Origin: Porphyridium purpureum
Lineage: Eukaryota
NCBI GenBank assembly: GCA_008690995.1
Contig: VRMN01000001.1
Span: 558,001 to 622,000 of the forward strand
DNA: 64,000 nt
Direction: 5' to 3'
The notes beneath the pieces were generated by a model. That model was given only the letters and a program-made list of their open reading frames with translations, had not been told where the DNA came from and did not search any database. Positions 32,101-38,177 of the stretch are shown here, piece after piece. Position 1 is the first letter of the stretch; each line of letters starts with the position of its first letter. A program made the position numbers and the translations under genes.

Positions 32101-33504
32101 CCCGATGGCAACGAGAGTGCCTCAACGCACATGGCTCAGCTCGCTGCTGCCATGGACAACCAAACAACTCGCGGTCTGAAGTTACCGGATGATTTGCCAA
32201 CCGAACCACGAGCACCGTCCTTCAATCCCGAGCAGCGTCAGAGTGGAAAGGAGATTGAAAATGAGTTCCCAAATGAGCATGATGCACCCGAGTCAACACG
32301 ACCGGAGCGGGACCTAGGACCAAGTGACAGAAACGAGGATATTTCTAGCGATGCGGACTCGCGTGGCAGCAACCCGGCCACAAGTGAGGACACCCTCGAG
32401 CCCTTGATGTCGCAGAGCCATGTCAGACCACAGTTTGCGCCGCATCCTGGTTCGACCGTTGTAGGTGCGCATGATCTGTCTGTCGATGTGACTGGTGTGC
32501 GCTCCCGTGTAGCCGATTTGATTTTGGACTCGGGCAATGCAAGTGGTCTGGAAGCTACGGCCGCGGCTCGCGAAGTATGGTATGAGCTTCAGCGCGCCAC
32601 TTATACGCATGCAAGCGCCCTGAGTGAACAGTTGCGTCTCGTCCTTGAGCCAACAGTTGCGTCGCGCCTAGGTGGCAGCTTCCGCACGGGTAAGCGACTG
32701 AACATGCGTCGCGTCATTGAATTTATTGCTTCTGATTTCCGCCGTGACCGCATCTGGATGCGCCGCGTCCAGCCAGACAAGCGCTCGTACGACGTCATGA
32801 TTGCGATTGATGACTCAGAGTCCATGCGCCACTCTGGTGCTGGCCCGCTCGCCCTCGAGGCACTTACTCTTCTTACAGCAGCCCTCGCGCGCGTCGAGGC
32901 CGGTCGCGTGGCCGTCGCCAAGTTCGGGCTGGAACCCAGCCTACTGCACACGTTTGATCAACAGCCGCTCGATGACGCTTCTGGCCCTCGTGTCGTGGCG
33001 CAATTTCAATTTAACCAGCAGGGCACACACATCAACAAGCTCTTGGAATTTGCCACTCAGGCGCTGAGCGAAGCGCGGTCGAGCAACCACATCAAGAGCA
33101 GCGACGCGAATGTGTACCAGCTCTTGTTCATCATTTCAGATGGTCGCATCAGTGACCGCGAGCGCGTGCGTCTCCTGGTTCGTAATGCCGTTGAGCAACA
33201 ACAGCTCATAGCATTTATCCTGGTGGACAGCGACGCTCGGCAGGCTCCAGCGGCGGGACCGGGCAGTACGGCAAAGGATAGGGTGTCAGTTTTGCAGATG
33301 CAAAAGGTCGAATACGTATCGGATACCAGCGGCGGCCGCAGTGGTTCGCAGGCGTCAGCGCCCAAGATGCAGCTCTCGCCGTACATGGACGACTTTCCGT
33401 TCAGCTTCTACGCAGTCATCTCGGACGTCGCGACCCTACCGGTGGTCTTGGGAGATGCGCTGCGTCAATGGTTCGAGCTCATGACTCAGCTTTCCCGCGC
33501 ATAA
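14191..33504 (+). CDS. MDN1: Midasin (Rea1), dynein-related hexameric AAA+ ATPase for 60S ribosome biogenesis
   Basis: Walker A motifs GPAGSGKT, GESGCGKT, GPTSAGKT, GETGTGKT, GAPGIGKT; Walker B LLDEIN/LDELN; long linker; D/E-rich region; C-terminal MIDAS vWA (RTGKRLNMRRVI, IAIDDSESM, IISDG, FPF). Confidence 0.97.
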   Translation: MDDAEPAVVSALREIWRAASVQDVTGVSWARARAEGAHSRAQMVAWLAQHVTQELAQGIVQQPDAPVEENQNTHAVLLVRRLYEVLCHLREMEILALCAHIQQFARVALVRSSVASSHAVAPLDASSFPLWRHVWAILARAGAVLSGLPAFGAMVLDLLSVLHRNNTDLDILRCIGFRECALLAFSCGARLRHRLPCDLLLLSASTFQSHALHDHAANSEKAYSRIALGYIWGNGAIMPGCLDSDLELESVHGDLDPWTEFSEAEKCRGTVLGPHPDSAESSSTIDIQRVDSDHAFHEEREIREAYRLGGTLVVSHVSIPLPLHALVLPMHEALPGVRNDSGSLSGRRSDANKAAATSGRPADTFILTGDFERALQGLVQAASVGRPTLLYGPAGSGKTALLRHLDTARQRHGFAPMMKLHVDGMWYNEDEMKALLGAVVPVGAGNFEWRAGPIGQAIMDGRGLVLEGVSGESALASLSAGTLLFQLTELRPGGMIMTSGNGEWITAAQGFFLVVTQTISSSTGADVLVHSRQGKNHTSAHAHALAYMHMHPMGGRVSAFSWLPVPLAGLSDEQTRTVLLARFPALEPALDRILVSVHNVRAALCGAAVRLERTGLDSSVRVPGMRELVALCGRIDALRLQQRLEPELAACESVDVLSCWPLSPELSTRLVSAVCDAWSLPPVFARQINSTYKPSILCVCSAGGSGPSLYPGTESDPLHAVDSSSDPKPRWDMHVGRAVCALGGAAREAAATAAAELDDAQAASLGEWLMLHGTTKAGPAGTGFSCTSASLRLLERLMCCVQHKEPALLVGESGCGKTTSVQAMARLCGAELVVLNMSQKTDVAELVGGFRPVEPERDVHELVVLAEPLLAASLSVHKNARFFDALRKAVRKKQYVRAVRLLQGALEQPQLQSQLRESQDPIVRRRFASIQSDLQALAYHFGPQLQWQLQMEEHEKGTGSTEDATDEKDSARVVKRRRTSESEYHQSSSERRIVFKYARGVLVDAMLSGAWVLLDEINLASMEMLESLIGLLDEGSVLLPEGAATDEYGNITAVQGRHSQRAGLAEKRCAVQAHPDFRIFAAMNPPLDVGKKSLPVALRSRFTEFYVHDALAMHDLVLFVHDKYFGKGHTESGSPVERQQRKTLCEHVARFFTEAREHALTKLFSADGRAPLFNLRSLSRALEFARALITQAPTIAIGLHAADRILLHEGVLLSFASPLPPTSREWVVGCSTKWILLGGDGQKGQAILRLSSRPLAGWLQPKADSRHACIQVEGFWLDCYTLPESLDARSMSTDLNTSRKEPFVVTPSVSRVLGDVARALCAGTDRLPILLQGPTSAGKTSLVRHLATLTGHRLVRINNHEHTDMSEYIGGYAASASGSLVFREGALLRAARRGDWVVLDELNLAPSEILEALNRLLDDNRELLVPETGEMVKAHPRFALFATQNPPGLYGGRKPLSRAFRARFIELEVFELPHSELELVLQQRANLPRSFCAAMVAVMQQLQRRRQTSQLFQGKDGFITPRDLFRWANRRPASKLELAMHGFFLLAERARSESERALVREVLVSTMRVDSADLSDSELYRLHEPQEPDLHAQVRPYLDRLRALCNSMGIALTLPMRRTLVLLLYATLNAEPVLLVGETGTGKTTACKLIATLLAQTRSEADARQHDALIELNCHKHTEAADFLGCYRPNNAAGSRSESKSLFEWHDGALLRAMKSGAHLLLDEINMADEAVVERMNSVLEPGRSIMVTEMGSAVDTDDVLVAHEAFRIYATMNPGGDFGKKELSPALRNRLTEIWVEPVRSEPELGEIVREILGADKTDSLLEVGMCMARVMTRMWSLSSSAQLPEHEVHASEARHSTWDASAALLLPVLTTRDLRAWLDFVSCAVKPCQNENGRGLDAWSAFAHGACLVFIDALVPTGVSLGAAKARFAVQLALDCLIDCLPATGMGEHIQEKVRTICSHSLGPALKDVSFNVAAELDAAQDDTNLVRAVDCAGEHGAETAALRFVCVGPFQIQQRHPPEVVAPSHAADEAELESASTRIFSQDDYSLSAPSTRANVFKIARAMVLGRGILLEGAPGIGKTSVVVALARLTGQELLRVNLSEFTEMSDLIGCDVPGAKPGIFDFKRGPLLTALQRDCWILLDELNLASQSVLEGLNALLDHRKQLYIPELNSTVHAGANFRLFATQNPSSDGGGRRSLPKSFLNRFTRVSMQALSDQDCECICSAQFPHLLRCSVRLGGADEHLRAEEPAIPFLVRTFNELNLQLGDDGSMERLNLRDLLRCCRLLVTWMPPHVPATGLSDMDDSMTLKRTLEVRDDSVFAAFDVVVMARLGSAAQRAQAFHVLRNCLHSRIDDEDTTGSVKLQPPAPLKPEIMILNGSPHFVIGRAVLPCSSAGREVYDSWRAIERTSAGSLGSPAPPLLSLTSQRRALHAVALAAQHGWPALVVGGGSESFGRGVPQTRKNGKAALIRALALSAGRELLELALGVGGVDASDLLGAYAQVNVRSELLNIGRGLSFLMDRFQAAALCLVDNKVLEDRMIPSSEEPVEVLARLERELRVFVLQLSEEDTLSKDDKAGTQPHAFLDEAAEEVLLTRKAVAMVQDVARLWQNLKGFGFLALSTVQPRLEKLTEQSARMLQLVGAAPGRTSVLFEWRKSALLNAVENGDWVLIRHVDSIPPASLDRLNPLLEEPGAVVLLPEAPPPPRHQDQCSDTDRETSTRTESLEHAHVRIHRDFRLFMTARSAIGLSKALRNRCVEVCPDAFDDYECGDDVRSNTLGPSNISSHLELTSVASAAGAPLHAAQQFELVSSRVRSEDEEGEDQAFDSAGPILSGMACSALRLAEAAAHDSRLVYAHGNGSSDSALRFALRTCRVSDMRLRVASLLARCTNARALGEIFRLQRSDALQNGHFFERLNMQPTFLRDMLSSSSNEYGHTTRGVQMQTLQVAQLVLCVWRSWLRYGAKDHALVCQSLQALQNAPENEDCRCVSAQCVWYDVTAMLLRIASAFSHEQVGQARMSLLVDIIVDTAQVAELCRALSRRDAAQKWRSVGAFLERMTLCASRLHTGRCASGECQVCDAEPELDGMFQSEKDLVLHRDAEKRFAYLSMPSNPSGEGADDGGDDALCVVRKCSVEKYAALPAGATDKQRLVPMESEGRGHDWEHDQAVQARIRTHMFYADAAGWYVVENALLLVSRTAAALDWSSGASEHADCLVASCFVHTKMPGDEGSILSYAAGKNDVMDEICELYFPSKPRLALRILWPWVRGVASLVCALMELAHMCSDGAKNRFGSLAQRNADFCTASSNRMSAAVEAILQSLPELVALFRFALIVFPSARVASFRTHARRSPSDLQVSQSTSPSLAEMIASVVHLHESWVQHPLVHGRMQALSEASECEACHDVDHFCNSRRSTATRALFQYTTLRSVVVSLMDDLKLVLSDLLEAPVLASLRTREQINPWSSAQVCKFPKVRDAATISLERRFWALCDNMEVSLDCQADSTQSGRGRDAPRMLLRKGALQMLMQAASTLLFMRTPRPSDHGSLRVAQESLARLLEHVEAAIPSFAPQGPDVETMQASTTSAVVVAAQARRLNAAGSPESTRKPMLFGQLVLRYILDSLIAGHAASLGSTGDQSDDGENGGGNSLNWQASNQRKTLFVQLCLSAPTCAPMREFLAVQHALWRTELREGNVNISELGNDDEEARAAWMAGLRTWLVGQSHSHPEESNAHAHLVTDLFCVSRANFWFGTEAPWIRLSSVHRCWTLLTCVLALSADKNRISGGAHGKKLLDRKARAQEASLLSLDAFVTDSVWTSTLLALGADFDPDCCGRWNGRASVAALCPDGHEMVLQRQQPHHQQGKGRSNEGSPAFASMFMMGRHMFSVGMRSMENSMPSSVLDASNVALALAEMNHLTAVRRHVARCLNATLACTDSNRRLGDRAYNSSEEAVVANTFSAASAMSSAAQWAAQSQGRTDDESQYQAFQGECERIFRTCQSRGMAIIDGVASLVRSCTDGDTESDRLHQAAVARWVGQEQGLQLTLSTALSRIQSSPVWRGYSVSSKFLQAAEQVRTGLKLATGAVVELGSSGKQRASNSLSELRELVRFLTHDPSLLIMVNSGAARTRDRLLLSMADDRGGRLGLRDTDRAPLLVALLSAYAASLLSESHDKERYCPRALRNVSQLFKRLVLAWDDEEQSRRIEQEKRDDLYQARRRSAAQGPSRDEWKGSIQLNAHDYHAQEDEAYLQEFGANSYEYIVRLEMDEESQEGLMAGDSSAVAAEPLPRFTGVVDTAELYRLYMALFGPRRNDSLFETVRDSAVVVADALHHVLHPDGPFTRAKVFAEDLWDSSLNNRMSRTDAASNAGDVENLCRPLLIQLAASEVSVMLPPKPELRDDSDLAGEKSSGKVALNFYKDANVREMHTAARSLEALLARVNLIFSGMSGSQHPVLERVAALAQALLRAPFRTPLGSVVSAFELLLRDMAEWDKKYGSATNDSRLDIPRTQLTQLVMRWRGIELASWRQLLTDRADQAEKRGKDWLMHLLNTVLTMESAVASDDDSDSEDLSFPVAASHARENGDESRSETDLISELMETLDRFMFSSPVGEFEVRVCALEALSVHLTASFSTDTHPQVPVALVARYVAGLALYYRQFSHGVHGVRQMAWDEATSKMNELVKFAQWDPDSQLGSELESGNISSNHPDYANQRQLEYHRLKARAEKNKRTLHKLTSAFDICMRQSIENVVSGALGRSLLESFGHDRHEDTKANSVSRIAEKTARIQKGHGMHGIQPNTLVWMNSEAWLVDFDAGDQADSTQQAEDLDLRHTRATDLSRKIRRIGIGLHAEQTPGNGPRLLSVAFSCAELDEEIHARAAFLRDLVGNSVDLKQKALSDLFSALKALGISHHAGRRGFGGEQADEQLRRVQWLATPLLSSLRFPSNGSFCSESGVCANSQRLLAMDRLFMTCALDFQRLTHAAHSSQLHSDIQRSVASRMYGHAAVLARMIMAQRRALVPAMQQLLKLQKASRELQMPLSSKVSILATESARKACTKYQRVLLAQCRSRLRIVAARMECVLKALRVLAYAGKWMSTDNFGSGLQSSKETDMYRALALMISKNGRSGGVEEGLHVVIAQLVDLQGIVSAALLNRNDAGALEIKVHGSVDDETVHQMHGALMRSREALNRCLDQHASVGTSRAIGNAKYLFVRFAGEIRSLISSYTDEKERHDAFAIDEATRERVENRKDPGHAKDCERSVREQCESIVELVLLASQKARNLYMPLESHHTDSSNQATIKPSFSHTGNLRAMHQQILNVSSELELSRLTERLQALRLRMREVSQSDLASAVTPAESHNHYASICMSVRSTEHILNHFVGSIAARMLDGMLAAHEGELALARTLIRLFSVLCEKGFCRPPPDEDDATSDRQGEEDCEGTGLGDVGDGSTRGAKDISKEIEDASELLDADNLQKDEAPQDAAETGRSRQQEEDESNASESSGVEMEDDFEGDIVDEKQRKDRDQGKDEDDQESSDGEAEKQFGQGNALEEKVDEKFWDGDDDADPEGAEDFEEESGTADLPAHDNLNKELAAKSQHDTERQPDKIGDAPISAPRDTNDDPSDGKADDDVESSLQSNDNIDEGDGDNMNSREAVDVDGDEGMPPRDGDADGLEDGAMSETASEEEGSPHDKLAKDTLSDSGKHSDDEGAQDSDRQDEQQPFMNPEYTHEGEKSTQDPDDNNESEDFNMNQGEGSPNEDGDVDGSSGSSDRGGDSMRDMDEAAAGGDEGLSEEREQSERSFSVDGDASAEEPRDRANMAQDAAGRATTNDDVAGGSGVCESGLGADAGDGARERDMEDDDTNAAREGGAAGARLDAGAGRSAPFDASHNHGALNDQAVSAAAPSVGDRGHDSATEEQIQPSKEESNYVDNPNPLRVTTEQLGELWKKKLRVLDDDTEVTPQENRGGDQENTAPGESTEGLEVAFERHDRGESGPDGNESASTHMAQLAAAMDNQTTRGLKLPDDLPTEPRAPSFNPEQRQSGKEIENEFPNEHDAPESTRPERDLGPSDRNEDISSDADSRGSNPATSEDTLEPLMSQSHVRPQFAPHPGSTVVGAHDLSVDVTGVRSRVADLILDSGNASGLEATAAAREVWYELQRATYTHASALSEQLRLVLEPTVASRLGGSFRTGKRLNMRRVIEFIASDFRRDRIWMRRVQPDKRSYDVMIAIDDSESMRHSGAGPLALEALTLLTAALARVEAGRVAVAKFGLEPSLLHTFDQQPLDDASGPRVVAQFQFNQQGTHINKLLEFATQALSEARSSNHIKSSDANVYQLLFIISDGRISDRERVRLLVRNAVEQQQLIAFILVDSDARQAPAAGPGSTAKDRVSVLQMQKVEYVSDTSGGRSGSQASAPKMQLSPYMDDFPFSFYAVISDVATLPVVLGDALRQWFELMTQLSRA

Positions 33505-33785
33505 AGCAACCGCTCACGAGCATAGCCCTGCTCCTCACAGCAGCCACCACAGCTTGCTGCCAGGCCAAAACTGGCTTGCGCCGATTAGGGTTTCTAGACT
33601 TTAGTAAAAATGCATGTTTTAACACAAAACGAACGCACTGTACTTTTGTTGCTGAACCGCGCGAGCGTTGAAGTGCGAAGCCCGCGTGCTAGCGTGCCGT
33701 GGCGTGAGTGGCGCTGCAACCGAGGCGCGGTGGGCAAGGCGCGCGAACCGCTTGGCTGGGCTTACCAGCGACACGTCGTGCCGAC

Positions 33786-36700
33786 ATGGCCTCCTCGCCG
33801 CCTGGCCCCACGTGGGCGTCGTTATGGTACTTGATTCAAATCGGGTTGTACACTTGGGCAGGCGTGCTCGGCGTGGGCTTGGTTCACGTCGCAGTCGACT
33901 TTGTGCGGCTTACGCGTCGCTTGATGGCCTCTGAGCGTGAGCGTGGACGCTCAAGGCACTGCGTGCGAGTGGCTCTGTATAAGAGCATTGTCATTTCGCT
34001 ATCTAGTGTCACAGCCGCCAGCTTTGCGGGGAGAAACACGCACCGCCGCCGCCGCAGTGCAAAGTCGACGCGTAGTCGAGGTACGGCGCCCATGCACAGC
34101 GGAGCAGAACGAGATGTGTATGAGATCGACGAGTACGAACTCGACTTGATGTATGCTGAATTTGACACGAGGCCGTTGGACTGGCTTCAGAAAGCGCGAC
34201 GAAGATGTGCGAGCTGGCTTTTGCGCAAGAATGTCAATTTCTATAATTCGGTCATGCTGTTCACATGTGGATGGACCATGACGGGACTTTATATTACTGG
34301 TACGTATCTGGTGCTTCTTCCAACATGGCTGAGTAGCCTCCAGCTTGCATTAGGTATTGTGTTCGTGGTCGAATTCTTGCTGCGCTTGTTTGTCTCGGAC
34401 AGCCCCATTCGATTCGCGCTGAACTTTCGATCCTTTTGTGAAGTCATGGCTTTCACATCCGCAATCTTTGCCGGTAGGGAGCATTCGCAAAATTTCTCTT
34501 ACCTGGCGAGCTATGCCGCATTTCGGCAGTTCCTCGATATTGAAAAACGCTTGCTGGGAAATGTGGACCCCAAGCCCATGCTGCTGATTCGCATCGGCAT
34601 GCATACCTTTGTTGCTGTTATGATCTTGTCATCGACCATCACGCTCATTGAGACATTGGGGCCTCTGAATTCAGATGCTTCAGTCCCAAATGACTCGCCG
34701 TTTTTCCTCTTCACGGGTATTCGCCTGCGGGACGACTGGTCTTGGTTCAATTCGTTTTATTTTATGGTCGTTACGCTGACGACTGTTGGCTATGGTGACT
34801 TCTTCCCGGTGACAGAACTGGGCCGCGCCTTTGTTGTTGTTGCCATCATCATGGGCGGCTTTATTCTAGGAAGCATTTTGCGAGAGCTTCCAGATGTGGT
34901 CAGCGGTGGGGTCGATATTGGAACGTATAGGAAGACTCCGCACCGCGACCATCTCGTGGTCTATGGTGAGTGCCTTGACTTGGCCATGGTAAAGGAGTTT
35001 GTGGTCGAATTCTACTCAGACTGGAGAAACGAGTCGTTTGACCTTCTCTTTGTATCCGACACGCCTCAGTGGACGTTGCAAGAATGGTCGTCCTTTGTGG
35101 TTCTCGATCCGCGTTACGAGCGCTTCACATGCTATCTCAAGGGCTCGCTTGCGAACGAAGACGAGTTTGACAGGGCATACGGGAGCTTGGCGCTAGCGTT
35201 CTTTGTATTTTCCTCTTCAGTAGGGGTAAGTCCAACCCAGAGTGACGCAAACGCTGTGCTCGTAGTCTCCGCTATTCGAGCGAGAGCACCAGATGCACCC
35301 CTTTACAGTATAATGCAGCGACGCGAGACGGTTCGGCAAGCAAAGTATGTTTCGAGTCGGAGATTAGGTGCGTCCGGGAAGGTGGACAGCAGCAGACGCC
35401 TCCAACGCTATTTTCACGCTTCGGCCAATACCATGGAGCAGCTATCACGCGAAGAAGGGAATGACACGTTCGAGCTGAGGCGCGTGGGCAATGATGTCTT
35501 GTCTCTCACGGAGTTTCAGACTGCGCTTATGGCAGAATCGCTGCGAACGAACGGACTGAGCGCTCTGATTTCAGATCTACTTCTGTACACAAACCGCGCC
35601 ATCCATTGCGACCTCGATACCTTTCCATGGGCGCGCGAATACTCGATGGGCTCTGCCGTGTACATAACGTCCAAGAAACTCCCTGATGTGTGGAAGGACA
35701 AGACGGTGGCAGATGTCGCTCTGCCTTTGTTTGAGGCTGGCATCGTTCCGCTCGGCTTCAGAACAGACTCGCTGTGCCTCATCAGCGCGGCATCTCCAGA
35801 CGTGAGGCTTGAACCCAATCAAACTTGCTTGCTGATGACGTTTCTGAGTGACGAGGTGCTGGACAAGGTACTAGAAAGCCTTGCTGAGCTGGCTATAGAG
35901 TCAATTCAAACATACCGATTTCTCCCGGATGATCATGTGACAGAGCGTCAAAACGCAGAAGAACACGCAGAGCATAAATGCGATCTGGACGATGAGAAAC
36001 GAGACCCCAGTAGGTTGCATTCATCCGCTGTGGATTTCAAGTTCTCGGAGGCTGACCTGGGGGAATCATATGATGATGATGATGGTGATGATGACGGGGT
36101 GGTTCCATTCATGCTTACCTCCTTAGATGACCTATTTCAACCACCAGGGACAGACCGGAAACAAAAAGTGCTGGATCGGGGGGTCGCCAATGAAACCAGC
36201 CTCGAACGAAAAGAAGAGGCGAACACAGAGATGAGTTCTCACAGAGAAACTGGCCGGACCGAAGTTCGAGTTTCGATCAGCTCCACCGCACTGCGGGAGG
36301 CTAGACTTGAAAATCATGTGATTGTGTGCATTAGCAGTGCGAGTCAGCTCTATATGCTGGATGACTTTCTTCTGGCTTTCTGGAGACATTGCCCCATTGC
36401 CCCATTGCCCAGCGTACTCCTGTGGTCGTTTTGTGGACCAAGAGCACGATTGCGAACTCGCATTTGCCTCCAAAGTATTTCAGTGTGAGTGGGTTATGGT
36501 GGACGCATGGCCACGACCACTCGCACCGGTCATGGAATGATGTTGGGTTGCCAAATGCCGCAGCGGTTGTAGTATTTTCAAATTCTGCGCACGACAGTTC
36601 CTCGGATTCGCAAACTTTGATTACATTGCTGACACTGGAAATGTTTAGTTCTGGCAACCCGCAGGTCTTCTTCTGTGTCGAGATTCAGGAAGATAAGTCC

Positions 36701-37861
36701 TTGCATCTGATGAATCCAAAAGGCCGCACACGTCGGCGGGGCCTTCAGCTTGGCGTATCGCCGTGCGGCCAGCGTATCCTTGAGATTGCGCAAGGCAGTC
36801 AATCAGTTGCCACCGCGTTGAGCAATTCAAGTTCAGCGGCTGAGAGTGGCTTGCGCAATACTGTAAATGGGAAGCTTGGTAGTATACAGTCCGTGAGGAA
36901 CATTAGCTCGCTCATGCGCCTAACTAGCCTCGAACCTGGATCGCTCGGCCTCGTGGGCAGCTCGTGGAGCATGTCTGCAGAAGCTTCATTTGCCTCCGGA
37001 GAGTTCGTGGTGCGCTGGACGTCTTACATCCTGCTCCTTCGTGCGATGCACGAGCCTGGTTTGACAGACTTTGTCCTCGGATTGCTTGGCATTCGAGGCT
37101 CTGAACTGGGGACGTCAACAGATGTGTCCCGCTCATTCGGGCAAAGCTCGTTTGATAGGAAAGCGCGTGCCGGATGGGGAAATTGTTCGAGTATTTTGCT
37201 CACTCCTGTCCCGGAAGCTTGGCTTGCGAAAACGAATCCTGACGAAAGAACCTTTCGTAGTTTGTATGCCTTTGTCGTTACCGAGCTGCGGTGGATACCT
37301 TTGGGCCTGTATCGATCGGGAGAAAGTCCTATTTGCTACCCCCGCTTTGACCGAAGCCAGCGCAACCCATTTGCTGGACTCAAGGGTGGGTGGGGCCGGC
37401 GACACGGGGCCGGACGTGAGGACAACAGGGAGATGGGAATCATCCGATTGGGTAGCACGGAACCCACCGAGCAGTGGCGCGCCGTGTCCCCAAAGCCTTC
37501 TTTCACGCACACGACCACTCGGCACACGTATGCTCTACCGACACTCGGAACGGAGATCAGTTACTCTCAGATATCTGCATCCTCTAGGGAGCTTGCATAT
37601 TTGCGAGGACAGACCACACTGAGCCCGTCGTCTGGACGCTTGCGAGGCACATTCTCGGGCAACAGCAGAAAGGACCACCCTCATGCGGCGAGACCAGCAT
37701 GGGCACCAGCAGGAGGACTGTTCCCTCCCAAGACAACTACCGCGGCGGCCGCCGCCGCGGCCAACAATGAGTTGCCGTATGTCTACACGCTTCCCGAGCC
37801 GTACGCATTGGTGCACGAGAACGATGCTGTCTTTGCGTTCAACTGCCGCTGCGACCACTGA
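33786..37861 (+). CDS. Slo/BK-family K+ channel (TM region + pore + two RCK domains); frame broken at 36387-36410 in this sequence
   Basis: Pore YFMVVTLTTVGYGDF; RCK1 HLVVYG...YLKGS...AFFVFS...DANAVL; RCK2 LENHVIVC continues in the 36389..37861 ORF (AAAVVVF, DSQTLITL, VEI, FASG, PLGLYR, YVYTLP...DAVF). Confidence 0.88.
36387..36410 (+). repeat. Perfect tandem repeat (CATTGCCC)x3 at the K+ channel frame junction
   Basis: cattgccc cattgccc cattgccc read directly. Confidence 0.95.
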
Positions 37862-37989
37862 GCTTTGTCGACCCGGGCAGAAAATACATCCCCAACCAGA
37901 AAAGTACAGCGGCGTTGACATGGAAGGTACAGTGGCGAACGCGCAGGAAGTACTTTTAAAGATGTACCCGCTAGGGTTTCGAGAGACGC

Positions 37990-38016
37990 GCGCCAAACAC
38001 CGATTTTGGCGCGAAA
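37990..38016. promoter_or_regulatory. Cluster of E2F-type sites (TTTSSCGC) upstream of DNA polymerase epsilon
   Basis: GCGCCAAA at 37990-37997, and TTTTGGCGCGAAA at 38004-38016, which holds overlapping sites on both strands; about 160-190 nt upstream of the ATG. Confidence 0.65.
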
Positions 38017-38177
38017 CGCGGGCAGGCAAAGGTGGCGAAGCGGCCTTGACTGTGGATTGTGTTGAGCGTGCGCGTGGGGTGGACGGGACAGGTAAACGAG
38101 CGGCGACCAGGATTGAGACTTGTTCCGTGTAGGAGGCCGTGCGCGCCGCACTGCGTTGCCCGTGAAGCAGTCGCATC

